DNA from: Klebsormidium nitens
Lineage: Eukaryota > Plantae > Klebsormidiophyceae
NCBI GenBank assembly: GCA_000708835.1
Contig: DF237417.1
Span: 1-64,000, forward strand
Direction of reading: 5' to 3'
Length of the DNA: 64,000 nt
In this document: positions 26,054 to 39,866 of the stretch, piece by piece
Position numbering within the stretch: position 1 is the first letter of the stretch
Layout of the letters: the number at the start of each line of letters is the position of its first letter
Made by a program: the position numbers and the translations under genes
Notes under the pieces: generated by a model
Told to the model about the DNA's origin: nothing
Seen by the model: the letters and a program-made list of their open reading frames with translations, nothing else
The model's database searches: none

Positions 26054-27661
26054 ATGAACACTGAAGAAACCGCGACAGGAGCAGCTGCAGACGGGGTTGC
26101 TCAGTTTACGAAGCTCCCACCCGAGCTTCTTGTGAGGATTCTGTGCCAGGACGCGCTTGAGATTACTGACCTCCTGATGTTTGGAGCAACGAGCAAGGAC
26201 TTGCATGGTTTCATCGATGGATCTGCGGAGCTCTGGCGCACCCTCTATGTAAGGGACTTTACGAAGCTTCATCCTGAGGAGAAGAACATGGATGCAAAGC
26301 TGATCAAGAAGCGGTACAGGCAGAAGTGAGTCCTTCCAAACGCTCCATGCACTAAGCTTCCTCAGGTTCATCTTTGAATGAAAACAGACTGATTGGTCGT
26401 GATTGAATTTTGTTCCGTGTCTCTTCGAAGTTCCGCTCGATCTTTTTGAATGCAACCATCTCTTTTCCTGCTCAGACAGACAGCCTTTCCTGTTCTGCCT
26501 TGAGATGCCGTTTAGCGGGCATGAACATTATCATCTTGAAGGATGGTGAATCACATGCCAAAGTAGATCGTTCGTGGAAAAGGTCACTGCTAGAATCTGC
26601 TTGAGATACCTTCCGTTTGTGACATTGCAGACGTAGCAGACTCTGCTCCGTGCGAGGGCACGCAGTCCGTTTTCCGGCGTCCTGGCTGTGACTTCTCGAA
26701 CTAATCTGCAGAGTTACGTAGAATATCTTTAGCTCTTTTGAAACATCTGCCTACTGTACACTGTGGCAGTCAAATCTTGCAGAATCGCTTCTGAAAGATT
26801 CTTGCAGTACATACTCAAATTGAGGACTTGTCACCAGACAGATTTTCGAAGTTGAGCTTCTGAACTTTGCTCCTCCAGACGTTCTCTTTCAGGTCAAGAA
26901 GCTTTAGCTAGCGCTTTCTTTTTAACGCTTTTGGATTCCGATACTTGATGAGTATTGTCGCTTGTCTCTCACCTCTACTGGATTACTATCATCCAGGTCT
27001 TGAAAGTCTTGTATAGGCTGCGTCTTGACGTTTCGCTCAGGCCAGAGCAGCATGGTAGAAAAGTTGCAGAGGAACTTAATCCTACGGGGACTGAAGTTTT
27101 CCACGAATTGGAGCCTTGTAAAGCTGACTGAAATGCTACAGACGATATGAGATCCGTTGGCAAGTCTGCTTGCAAAGAACAACACAGCTTTGGCAGGTCA
27201 TATAAAATTATTCTTTCTTCAGTCAATCCTGTTTCGAGGCAGGGCCCCTTGCTTTCGCAAAAGTGTCTGTCCGGGAAGGTGGTGAGGAAAACGGAGAATC
27301 ATGAGAAGCCATCCGCCTGGATTTCAGGACTATTCAAGAAGAACACGTCTGCTTCTCTCTGAAAGATCTCACCGAATAGTCGTAACAAGGGAAGATTGCT
27401 CGAAAAAACATCCAGGCTTACTCCCCCGACTCAAAGCACGCACGAAGTTGCTCTGATCCATTCTCCGTTCAAATCAGAGTTGTATCTCCGTTTTTCAGGC
27501 ACGTCCGACTGGCACGTAAGGGGAAGGCCGTCAAGTGGTCACGCGAAACCATCATCGAGACTGGAGAGCTCATGGGGGACTTCGTGTCGCACGCTCGAAA
27601 GCGTTGGTGGCTGCGCCGCACCTTGGCAACCTGTGCCTCGTCTTTGGGGTTTCGAGAATAG
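26054..27661 (+). CDS. Small F-box protein, about 144 aa
   Basis: Exon 1 26054-26325: F-box-like FTKLPPELLVRILCQDALEITDLLMFGATSKDLHGFIDGSAELWRTLY, donor AA|gtgagt. Best phase-compatible exon 2 is 27499-27661 (HVRLARKGKAVKWSRETIIE...GFRE*); this exon is less certain. Confidence 0.7.
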
Positions 27662-29011
27662 CCGTTGGTGATTATGGGTTCCTTCCCTCGATAAGCATAC
27701 CAATGGGAATGTATCTGATGATGGACTGGCTGTACGAGTCGCTAGTCAGCTTTGGGGACGTGAGAGGCTGAGGAGCAGACGGTCGATCTGGAAGACGTTC
27801 GGTTGAGTTCTATCAGGTTTAGGAGGAATCCAAATCAGGCAGGAATTGATCGACCTTTTCGCCGTTCAAAGCAATTCACGTAAGAGTTTAGGGTCTGGAC
27901 GCTGTATCGTTGAAGCAATTGCGTTTGGTGCGATATCTGGTTGCAAATGGCACCGAGAGCATCATGGCCTGAACGAACGCTGCCTGGCTACAGATAGCAC
28001 AACACATATAATCACATTGAACGAAACTTGTTGCTATGATGCCACCTTGCTGTCACATGTGCCGCCGGGGCAGCTCCGCGCATTTGCTATAATCCGTCAT
28101 TTTCATGAAAGAGCTGTAGCTGTCGGAAAGCTGGTACTTTGCTTCATTGAAGCGTTGTCTTTATAATGCATCAATGAGCACGGCAGGTCGTAATCACATG
28201 CATGGTGACATCACGATGATGCGCTGCTGACGTAGAAGTGAGCGAATGATCCTTCTGGCATTGATATGATGCCTCATGTTTGGAGACAACCGTAAGTTCG
28301 TTGGCCCATACATCTCATATGTGTAAACTTGATTTCAGCTGACTGTTTAAATGAATTGTTATAGCCATGTAGAGTCGCTGGCAATCATCATTGTACCCCG
28401 GAAAGGAGAACGCCACATGATGTGCAGCTAGGCCGCCGTTAGGCATAGTAAACTGATCCGGTCGCGCACTTGCAATTGAGATGCCGGCCCAGCCAATCAA
28501 TCGGGTGTCACATACAGTGTGCATCATGCATCAATGGCACTTCGCTAGCTACGATGCAACCATGCGCGGTAGCAGCACGGCAAAGCGTATTATTGAGAGC
28601 GGTCCCTGTAGCTTTGGGGATCGAGTGCCATGGGCTGCTATCATCATGCGAAACCGGCTGAGATAGTAGATTCTCAGAAATCTTCCTGTGGAGTGAACAA
28701 TCCAGTGCGAGGTGGATTGAGCAGTGATTGCGGCATACAGCCGTTCCTTTGAAATGCAAAACGCTCCAGTCTCGTCAAACCGTGAGGCAATCATCCAATT
28801 GCGAAGTGCAAGACCGGGCAGCAGTTGAACTTGCAACAGTTCTGGCCGGTGAGGTCCATGATTGGCGTCAACCCAGCCGGCATTTATCCCTGAATGTCGC
28901 TCTGTTAATAAGGAACTTGACCTCTGTCTGACCGACTTACAGTTGGGAAAGGACAATGAAAGGGCTGGACCACCGCTCACAACGTCGAGAAAACCGAGCC
29001 TACACACATCC

Positions 29012-32000
29012 CTAATCACACTTAATGTTGCGGTAGATACGCCGCACAAAGGTTGATGATCCCAAGTAGCCGATTGCACCTGCAATGTTGGCATATGCAT
29101 GTCAGCTTTCAATCAATGCTATCGTCAAGCTCTGAGCAAGCTGCTCACTCTCCTTTTGTGGAAACCCTTGGCGCAGAATTGCTGGATCAGTGGCAGCTTA
29201 TGACCTCCAGGCAGCGTTGTGCCCCTCATACCAGATGCCAAAAGAAAGAAAAGCCTGACCCATGAAATGAAACAGGGAAAAAGAGGCGCCTGTTGCCACC
29301 TGGAGCGATGCGTGCAAGATCCAATTTCTCCTCAAAGCGTGGGTGAAACGAGGTGGGAAAGAGTGCGTATCTAGCGTATCCAGCAAGAAAGCGCTTCCGC
29401 AATCTCCAAGCAGCCATACTTGGGAAAAATCGAACCGCCGGCGCACTCACCACACATGATCCCCAGGCCGAGGCAGAACATGAGCGTGTACCCAAAGTAG
29501 AAGCTCGTTTGGAAGAAGCCCGACATCTTGGTCTTCATGAAGTAGTAGTATATACTGTAGAGGTACACGTACGTCGCGGTCGACGCCGCGCTGAAGAAGG
29601 ACGTCCACTGCCAGTGGTAGTTCTCGGCGTTGAGCAGGAAGTACGTGCCGACGATGGTCACGCACACGGTCACGATCACCAGGATGATGAACACCAGCAG
29701 CATGAAGCCGTACACGTAGTACACCTGGGGGGCGGACGAACGTGACGTGAGCAGGGCGTTGGCGGAAGGATGACGGCAGAGGGACGGTGTGAGCGAAGGT
29801 CTTACGTATGATCGATGGTGCAGTAGCAGTGACCCTTATAATCATCATCAGCCGAAACTGAGCGGAGGGCAGGTGAGATGGGTAGGGGGGCAGGGAGTCA
29901 GTAGAACGATGATGTCAGCATGCATGCAGCAAAAAGAGCCACACATGCATGCCTTGCCAATGACCAGGATGATGAGCCCCCAGAACCGTACATGTGGCAC
30001 ACTAGAACGCAAAGCGGGGGATGAGATCGGTGACGGGTCAGCGATTACGACCAGAGCGGGACAGCGGCTTACAAACAACTGGCCAAAGTCATATTGACAG
30101 CCCGTCTGTTGGGACGACGAGCCTAGAGCAAAATTTGTGGCAGCACGAGTTTGGCACTTTTCACCAAATGTGCAGAAGGGCAGCAAACAAACGGACAGCT
30201 GGCAAGGTCAGGGTGAAGAGAGGCGGTAACTGGTACACAAGCGCTGCGGAAGTGCAGTAGCGAAAGCGTCTAAACGCCCACCTTATAGTTCCAGAAGGAC
30301 GTGAAGATGAAGTACATCTCGATGAAGATGCTCCCGAACGGCAGCAGGCCGCCCATGATCGCCACGACCGTCGGCGTGAGGTACCACTTCTTCTGGGGGA
30401 TGGGCCGCGGGATGGTTTTCACTCGGCACGGGTTGTCCGGGACGCCGCTCCAGTTGCGGCCCACAACGGTGCCCGCCAAGCACAGCGGGAACGAGATGAA
30501 CGCCCAGATGAGGAAGACAACGACCTGAATTACAAGGAAGCAAACGCTTCGGTTGATATCCAGCAGATTTCAAGGTGAGATAGTCTTCTAGGAATCCTTT
30601 CTGGGCCTTCACACCGATCAAGGGGCACCTACAAAAGCAAGACGACCGCCCAGGTGAGATAGTTACTGCCCGGGTTTAGAGGGTGCAGTAGCTCAGAAAC
30701 ATATGGTCATAGTCTGAAAGATGCTGTCAAATTAGAATCGTAACCGTCAACTGAAGCATGCTTCAAGAACTAAATCACTCAAAGCTGGACTTCGAAATGG
30801 ATGCTCAGGTGAGAAGCACAGCCACATGCAAAAGCAAGGTACGAGGGTTGACATAACTTTTTGAAAGTCAGAACCTGTCAACCGTGCAGCAAGCAATGAG
30901 ACTTCCGAAGGCTTGAATCACGATCCGTTGTATTAGACCCCACGATTAGGGAGATGTGATACGAGGGCCTGTCGGAGACAAAGACTTGAGCCTTAGCTCT
31001 GCACTTGCGTCCGAATCATCCCCGTTGAGTTCCAACCACTGCAGTTTTGAAGTAGCACCATCAACAAGGAAGGGTTCATGTAAATAAGAGAAAGGCCTTG
31101 CACATGCGCGGGGAAGAAGACAGTAACCTTACGAATCCACCCAGAAACCCTGGATGGACTGCAATATCGCATCCCCGAGCGGCCCCCCGACTCAGATCAC
31201 TACAGCTCTCAAACCGCACTTGATACGTCCAAGCCAGACCGGAGATCCATAAGGCTCAATATTCTGCAGCCAAGCGGGAGAAACTCCAAGCACCAGAAAG
31301 CAGCCCTTACCATCGTCCCGAATGGGATGGCCGCCAGCGAGTGGTAGAAGATAGCCACCGTGTTGAGGATGAAGCCGATCCCGAAGGACGCGAATGGGAA
31401 GAGCGAGGCCGTCAGAAGCATCGACTTGATCCAGTGCTTTCCGTCGCTCCGCGAGTAGAAGCCCCCGCTGACGTATCCCGCCACGAACGACGTCAGCGCG
31501 TAGCAGATGATGAACGCGGTGACGATCGTGCCTCGCCTGCAGGGTGCGGGAGAATGAGGTGATGAAAGATTTTTCTTCTTGCCTTTTTGGGTCTACTCTT
31601 GGTGTTAGAGACATTCAAATGAATGGCGTTTGCACAAGCGTTTTGTAGCTCCGAACATTCGGAAGTGGCTCCCCGAAGTATATAATCTAACAGGGCTTTG
31701 CATCTCATCGTGGAATCGGAACTTTCGGTGGACGATCTGGCCAGGTGTGTCCGGAATCAAGCAAATCCAAAGCTGAGCAACTCCACATATTCAGCAGAAA
31801 GATGGTTCTGAATGACGACCAAGCAACGGTAAATGGCAAAGCAATACGACAACAAGCCCACAGCACACACATCACGTCAGCAATGCCTCAAGGAGAGAAA
31901 GCGGACCTTGAATCAGATTGAAACGTGCGACTCAAGGGGGTCCCGTTGAGTTAAAAGAACGCTCACCCGACATAGAGCATGCCAATGATGGCAATGATGA

Positions 32001-35000
32001 TGACCGACAGGATGAGCAGGGCGAGCTGCGCTCCCGTCCCCACGAGGGCGGCCAGCAGCACCAGGTTCCGGGGCGCGCGGAACACGTCACCATGGACCAA
32101 CTTCCAGCCAGACTCCTCGCTCACGTCGCGCTCCTGGAGAGGAGACGATCCGAAGCCTTTGAAGGCGGAACGCAGAGATTTGAAATGGCTGGGGGCCAGC
32201 ACAGAACCGTATCGCTGCCGTCCATCTTCCGCATCCAATGATCGAACGCTCCAGCTTCTTGTTCTTAAGCGGTTTTGCCGGGTTTGAACCGAACCAGCTT
32301 CTAAACCCCGTCCTGATGCGATAGGGCCGCCCGAGGCCCAACAGTGCAGAATGGGATTGTTATGTGAAGATCGGACGGCTGCGACACAATTGGCTATCTT
32401 GAACTTCTACGATCCGCATGTTTACTAACAAGGAGCCAAGAAAGACAGGGGGCGCTTTTACAGACGTGTAGGTCCAGCGCGTTGACGAAGATCAACAAAA
32501 GCGGACCGGAAGAAAGATCCCCAGCGTAAAGAGACGGAACGTGTGGACTGGGGACAGTTGACAAGGAATCTATGCAAAGCCGTTGCTTTGTGCGACGCAG
32601 ATGTAGAAAACGTTGACACTGCAGGAAAAGTCTCTAGAGTGCCTTCTTGACACTCTGTTGAACAGGTGATTAGCAGGTGACAGTAGGCTGAACGTTCGTG
32701 GATTAGAACGTGACATGCACCATGTCTGTACCACAAAGAGGCCCATTCGACCTCTTCAGATTCTGCTTCCATGTTGACCCATGTTTATTTATGACACTTG
32801 TTGATGTAATGGCAGGTCGCCAAGCATCTGTTGGACTCGTCCTGGCCCGTTAAGGAGCGCGTCAAGAAATTGCTCCCTCCAGCGACCAATCAGCTTAAAA
32901 TCCACTCTAGCGGTCGCTGTAAACAGAACGTGCTGCGACAATACGGCGATAATCGGTCAGATTCAAACGTGCGTCCTCAACAAGCCACTGCCCTATAAAG
33001 GAGTGTCCATATCCTCCAAAAGTTGTCCCACTCACCAGCGTCTCCAGGTCATCCTCCTCGCGCGCATACTTTGCATAGTCGTTGCGCAGCGTGCGCATCA
33101 GGATCATTGACACCAGGCCCGTCAGGAAGATGACCATCATGAACGAGTTGAAGATGGAGAACCAGTGAATCTGCACACAGGGAAAGCATGACCGCACTAA
33201 GCACAAGAAACTTTGTTCCATCCGTCGAAGATTTACAATGAGTGTGCACGCTATCAGAGAGGTAACCCGTTTGCACGACTGGTTTCCGGCACTGCTGGAA
33301 TGAAATGCAACTTAGGGAGTATGTTGTAGAGCCCAATCCATTCCAGGAACAGACTTGTTTGAGGTGTTACTTCACAAGTATGACCTCCTGATGTGTGCAG
33401 CCGTCACAAGCGGCGCATCCCGAAGTTACCCCTCTGTCCCCTGCAGCGTCCTCCCCTTATCTTTCTAAAAGCATGTGTGGTGTATTGAACCAGTATTTAG
33501 CCCACTCGCATCACAGACCTCCTCGCCTGCCCCTCTTGTCACCCCAAATGGCACTCAAGTATTCATCGTATCAAGAACGCGCAGATGCCGACTTTTACAA
33601 TATGCATGAACCCAGCCCTACGCATTCAGGAGCATGAAGCCTCAGACGCCATCCTTCCAAGGTTTTACTCGTGACTGCCAGTGTGCCTGTCCAAGATCTC
33701 AATTCAGCAACTGACTATAGCCACAAGAACTCCTACAGTGACTTCACAACACACTTCTTTTGTAAACCAGCAAAGTGCAGGACGTCTCACCTGGTGTTCA
33801 AAGAAACATCTCAATCCAGCAGGTGCCTATAACCGCAAGCACTCCTGTGATACTTTCACAATGGCTTCCTTCTTTGTAACCAACAAGTTGCACGACACCT
33901 CACCTGGTGTTCAAAGAAGTTGTAGTCAAGGTAGCGCTCAAAGCGCTTGGCGAAGGGGATGGTGGACGCCTCCCACTTGACCGAGTATGTGAACTCCAGG
34001 GACGTCCCAGGCACCAGCGGCTTCGGCACATCGGACGTCAAGTTCACTTGGATAATCTGCGTTAAATGCAGGGGGATCGCTCACTTGATCGCTCAAATTT
34101 TTTCAACATTGTAGACGTTTGTTTTCACTGTGTCCATCGGTGCTTCGAGTATGGATCTTCACAATGGTCGGTGGGCATTTGGCAGCTTGCAAAGGATGGA
34201 CTTGCAGAATTCTGGGTGTAATATCTTCGAATGTTTGCTTTTCCCGCCTAAGTACTGGCAGCTTGGCCACCCCTTTTCTAACAACCAGCTTTCGAGTTAC
34301 GCGCCTTTTGAGGTGCTCGGACCTTCCCACAACTTGCTAAGAGGCAGCGTCGAAGGCAGAGGGTATCAGCTGCAGTGTTTGAGTGAATTCAACAAGGGGC
34401 TGTCAGCATTATAGTAACCATCTCATGACAAGATATGGATAATTGCCGAGAAACCCTGTTGGGGCCTAAGGCGTAATTACTTGCCTATTGTTTCCACCCC
34501 CTTCTAGAGGCACACAGTGGTGCTTTCAGGAATCCCTCAGAGTAGCATGATGGAACTGACCTGCTCGTTGTTGTAATTGATGTCAAAGCTCTTGTGCGTG
34601 TAGATCAGAACCTGGTCCTCCTGCTTCGCCTCGCCTTCCGCTTGCTTCTCCCCAGGAATTGACTCGCCAACGAATCCTGGCATGCCACGTCAACCTCGTT
34701 AACATTGTCAATAATGCTCCTATGAATAGCAGGGGTCCAAAACCAGCTCAAATTTTAGATATAAAAGCGCTGCACGCAAGTCTGCTTGTGCTTGAGGCGA
34801 CAATACTTTAACCTATGCAGCGGCGTGAAGTCAGACCGCTGACTGCCAACTTGATGTGACACTTGATATCAGCATATGTTCCATATCATGTAACCTTTCC
34901 ACTCTCTTGCTCTCAGACTCCACATGTGCTTGCACACTTACCCCAAATCGGGAGGTCATCTGCATAACAAACAAAAGGGCGTCACAAAGCTGGCTGCAGT

Positions 35001-36137
35001 GACATCAGCAGACAGCACAGCCACCTTAATCACAGCGAGAATCTATCAATGAGATTTGACAAGAAACCACATTTAGTGAACCTTCTGAAGGAATCCTACA
35101 GATCATGTCTTCAACTCAATGCTGTTTGCGGGAATTTGACACTTAAACTAAGGGGCAGCAAGAAGCCAGGTTGATCCAAATCCTGCTTTTCAGATTGACA
35201 CAAGCGACATTGCATTGCCTCGCCCGACTCACCCATGAAAAGCTCGTACCAGTAGTGGTTCTGAATGGCATACTTGAACTGGTCGGCGGCTTTCTCATCC
35301 AAGGGCGTCTCACAAATAACAGTCTTCTGTGTGTCCACTGCGATCAGTGGTAAAATCCTTGTTTCAGCGGACGCCACTCTTGGTCTCAGGCACAATCAAA
35401 CCCTAAGTCATCAGTGCGCAGATCTGCATAATTGCCATCGAACGATCATCAACGATAAATGCACCATTACGGAACGGGCTGCTAGGATGCAGCGCACTGC
35501 AATGAAACCACCTAGCCGTTTCGAGCAGCCCTTGACTCTGAGTCAGCCCGCAGGAGGACTAGTACTCACTTCTGAACTTGAATGAGAGCTGGCTGTCAAT
35601 CAGCTCATTCCCCTCCAAAACTTCCCCTAATCCACCCCATTTGTGCTCTGGCCGTTCCTTGCCCTCTCCGGGCTTGCAGAACGGCAGAGTGTAGTAGTTG
35701 TACGTCTCTTGGGGATTGTTGTACGGGCCTACTTTGTTGACCCAGAGGGTGACTGGATCGCCCAGCGCATACTGAAGAGACGAGTCAAGAAGCCAAAATC
35801 AAAGGTCAAGTGCAGATGCTCATTCCAGGTCTTGCACGAGCGGGGTCATTAAAAATCCTATCAGAGCTTACATGGAGCAACTTCGCAAATCAATGTGAGA
35901 GTTGCCTCCATGAATGCAGTGGTGACCTTTCATTGAACATTGAAAAGGCGTCCATTGCTGCTCAGAGATGCACAAAGAGCAGGACCTGACTGAAAACGTA
36001 CAGGTCTAATGTCACAGAAGCTTAAGCTGACTGATGCTTACCTTGTGATCATACTCCTCAGCAGCACATAGGCCTGCCAGAAGGAGCGAGATCAACAGTC
36101 CTGACAAGAATCTCGCTTGCACCTCCAAGGTACCCAT
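29012..36137 (-). CDS. TMN1: Transmembrane 9 superfamily member (TM9SF3/TMN1, endomembrane protein 70), 600 aa
   Basis: Exons 36137-36042, 35771-35570, 35337-35233, 34959-34942, 34676-34561, 34056-33904, 33170-33036, 32133-31967, 31536-31311, 30524-30282, 29724-29451, 29079-29012. Signal peptide, [53 protein letters not shown], and C-terminal IYRNIKCD* (KxD/E Golgi-retention motif). Confidence 0.97.
33729..33810 (-). repeat. 113-nt-period duplication of the TM9SF exon-6 3' end and donor
   Basis: ctcacctggtgttcaaagaa at 33786-33805 and 33899-33918; flanking intronic sequence is also similar (cttcttttgtaaaccagcaaagtgcaggac vs cttctttgtaaccaacaagttgcacgac). Confidence 0.85.
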
Positions 36138-37223
36138 CCTCCTGTATTCTTGGTGTATATAACAGAAACAGGGCAACCCTAGAGATGGAGATTGGGTGGC
36201 TTTGCAAAGAATGACCGCCTTTGATGTGAAAAGCTCATCTGTAATCCTGCTCACTCATTCCCGGCTATGAGAACCCAACTCTTTGTAGTGCAAATCCTAG
36301 CAGCTGCAATGTGCTCCAAAAAGCTACCGCCGTCACCGTTTCTGCTGCCCGTCTCTGAAATTCATTCAACCGTCCATGAAAAGGCTGGCCACCATCATCA
36401 AGAGACAATGGGGTTGCTCAAGCCCGCACGTCTCACTGCTCTCAGCAAGAGCGCCCCGTAACAACCAGAATTCACAGCAAATTGAGTCTGCCATGTCCTG
36501 TGCATCTATCCATTTGCTGTTCACTTCCGCAGCAGATGCTCGTTGCTGATGTCCTGCGAAATTGGCGGTGAGCGCATTCTCGCAGGCAATTGAAGAACGC
36601 TGTATAGGCAAGGTCCTTATGGTCACGCACTCCCAGAATGATCGAGACGGGGCTAAAAAGTATCGAGACAGCCTGCGCCATACAGGCTACAGCGGGTTTC
36701 GGAGTCCGGTTGTGTGTGAAAAGCCTCCTTTCTTCCAAATGCTCCGCCCGCTTCTTGCCGAACCGTTCGATGATGAATGAAAGCAATGCGAACCGGTGGA
36801 TAGGAGTCTTGGTTCACTTCGAAAATTGCACCCTCTCCAGATCAAGACCACTAGCAAGTTGAACGTGCGAACTGCACTCGCAGTCTGCAGAACGAAGGGG
36901 GTTCGCGCGACGACAGACGTGAAGAGAGGCGTCGGATTGCCTTTGCAATGCTGGGGTTTTGTCAGGTTCGAAAGCGAACGAGGCCGCAACGTTCTGGAAA
37001 GCAAGTAGATTTCTGGTGGAGGAGGAATTGTCCAACAAGAAGGACAGATTGCAGTTGAGGATTGGGAAAAAGAGCAACAAAGAGTTGGGGGTCGTTCTTG
37101 TAGGTGGACGCAGTTCTTCTGCAAGGAGAGGCTTTGTAGAAACGACAAGAGCGGTGCACTTCTCACCGCTTCCTTGAAAAGCATCTCCTTGCTCACAATT
37201 GAGGGTGCATTAATCCAGTCAAG

Positions 37224-39866
37224 ATGATTGGGTCATTCATCACAAGGGGCGCTATGTGAGTGTCTTAACTCAGGGTTGTGTGGCTTCAATACTCAGGTCT
37301 TTCAACATATAGGTTTGTTTGTGAGTCATAAGCTTTCTGTGAAAGGCCAGCATCCAGAAACTCTGAATGTTCCTCTAATCAGTATGCTGCATTCTCAATT
37401 GAGATTGTGTAATGCTTGCTCACAATCTGTCCTCTGCATGCTCTGAGTTGCACTGCTCAAGTGAGCTGCCACCTCACACACTCTCTTCCGCTTCTGAGGC
37501 CAATGTATGCATGCCTTCAGCATGTGACTACGACATTGAGGCTCCTTTTGAGGGGCTTGACCGCAGTGTTTGTTCATACGAGCTTTCTGGAAGCCCGTCT
37601 CGTTGGTGCGAAATCGCCTGACAAAAGAGCGTTGTGCCGCAGAATGGCGTTAGGGTACTTGTACCCTGCCTATGAGTGCTACAAAGCTGTGGAGAAGCCC
37701 CGCCCAGACATGGACCAGTTGCGATTCTGGTCGCAGTACTGGTGAGCACGTTCTCCTTAGCTTATGGCAGCATTGCGGAGCTTGTGACGCCATTAGGTGC
37801 ACCTCCTGTCACGATGAGATAGCTCTCCGAAACAGCATTTCACTGCCACTTCTTGGGTAATTGTAAGGCCGCATTTGTGAGTAAGCAACATTCTCTACTC
37901 GTTGCAGCTTTCTTTGTATCAGGGCTTTGTGGGAAGCTCTTGCCATGAAGCTCTTGTCTCCATCTTTCAGGGTGATCATGGCTGTCATCACGGTCTCAGA
38001 GAGAGTAGCTGACGTCTTCATTGCATGGTGAGAAGCCGAGCAGCCACGGACTGCATCCATTCTTCTTCCTAAAGCTCAAAGTTCATCCTCTAAAACGTCA
38101 AGAGACTGCATGTTTAAACAAGCCCCATGGGTTGTTCAAGAACGTCCCTTTCCGGTACCATCGCTTGATGCCTGTACCAGCTTGGATCTTGATGATGTCA
38201 CCTAAGCACGGTAAGGAAGGTGCATGTAGTGCGCCCCAGGATTCATTGACTGCTATTGATCACCAAAAGCCTTCTGCAAGTCTTGTGCAAACTGCCCCTT
38301 CGTTGATATTGGTGCAGGATTCCAATGTACTGCGAAGCTAAACTGGCCTTTATTGTGTACCTCTGGTATGACAAGACAAAGGTATGCTAGAAGCTTTTCC
38401 CCCTTCTTCTGCGTTGTGATATCAGTCAAGTGAAAAAAGTTGTCAGTTTTTGATTCTGTGAGCATGTATCCCAATCATTTTGTCCTGTTCGTCTTAGGCT
38501 CTGCTGGACGAGTCGTTGAGCAAAAGTTGTGGACTACAGTGGCTCACCACATGTTTTAGTTCAAATGGGCACAACCCAGCGTTTGATACTTCTTCAGCCT
38601 CCCACGGAGTCGTTACAAACCTTCTGCTTTCGTAGATATGTGATTGCAATCCTAACATTCAGAGACTTTGATCCAGTGTATCGGAGGTCGTTCTTGTTTC
38701 AAGGGATCTTTTAGGACGATCCTGTGCAATTGTTTCTGTCTGAACAAAGCCCTTCAGGTGACTTCATGAATTGCATCTTCTCCTAGCGGCATGCAGAGTG
38801 CTTGTTTGAGACATTGCATAGATCTGGAATGATACAAACCGGTCAGCAGATCACTTTTGAAGTTTCTGATGCAACTTCGGCCCTCGACTGATTCCATTGA
38901 CTGGGGCCAACACAGTTCACCAGGTTCTGAAACCTTTCTGCTCCAACCTTCCTGCAGGGCACGACGTACATCTACCAGCAGTTCCTGAAGCCGGTGCTGA
39001 CTCAGCACGAGCCCGAGATCGACCGCCGCCTGCACGAGCTCAAGACGCGCGCGGGGGACGTCGCGCTCGAGTATTGGCGGCTGGGATACAACTACGCCTA
39101 CGGAAAGGTTCTTATGCTGCTCACGCAGGGGTCGCTGCAGCCGCCCCCGCCCCCGCAACAGGACTACAGGGCGCAGCCGCCACCCCCGCCGAGGGTAAGG
39201 GGCTGTGCTTTTTCGTATGGATGTTAAGTAAGAGACTTTTTGGTGGGTCGGATCATGGAGATTTTGGAAGATGGCAGCGGTTTGGAGTTGCGGCAACCAA
39301 GAAGGTGTGGGATCAGGCAAGGATGCGAAATGCACCAGTGCGATGCACCTTCTTCTTCTCCAATCGCGTTTGCGGCTGCGAGGACTTTGGCAGGTTTGGT
39401 TTGCTTGGGTTGATGCGAGACTTGAGGGCGTTTTGTTGGTCCTGCCTTGTTCCCTTTTGCTGGACGGGTGCAAGAGGCCGCGTCAGGTACGGACAGTTCC
39501 TGTTGTTTGCTAAGATAGCCTGCTCAAACATTAACTCTCAGCTCCTCATCTTGTCAACTACTGTTACGTCCCTGCATATTTTCAGGGTCCGCCCGCATTC
39601 TTGAGACAAACACATCCGTAGACCCTCCGATCCTGTAATCGTTATTCCTTGCGTCGATAGTCCTCCGTTGCTAAGTCGTCAACTTGATGCAGGAGTATGG
39701 CCGGCGCACTCGGGACAGGGCGTACCCGTCATACGTGGTCGAGAACGACGGCTCCGATTACGAGGTCGTCGAGCCAAACGAGCCGGAGCCAATGGATGCA
39801 GCAGATTACGCGACACCTACACCTGTGACACGCAACGTCCGCCAGCGAGCAAACCGTCAATATTGA
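37224..39866 (+). CDS. HVA22: HVA22-like protein (TB2/DP1/REEP family, HVA22g-j type), 220 aa
   Basis: Exons 37224-37255, 37643-37741, 37971-38027, 38318-38381, 38958-39194, 39693-39866. MIGSFITRGAIMALGYLYPAYECYKAVEK...QLRFWSQYW, WIPMYCEAKLAFIVYLW...KGTTYIY, EPEIDRRLHELKTRAGD match plant HVA22-like proteins. The last exon is less certain. Confidence 0.92.
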
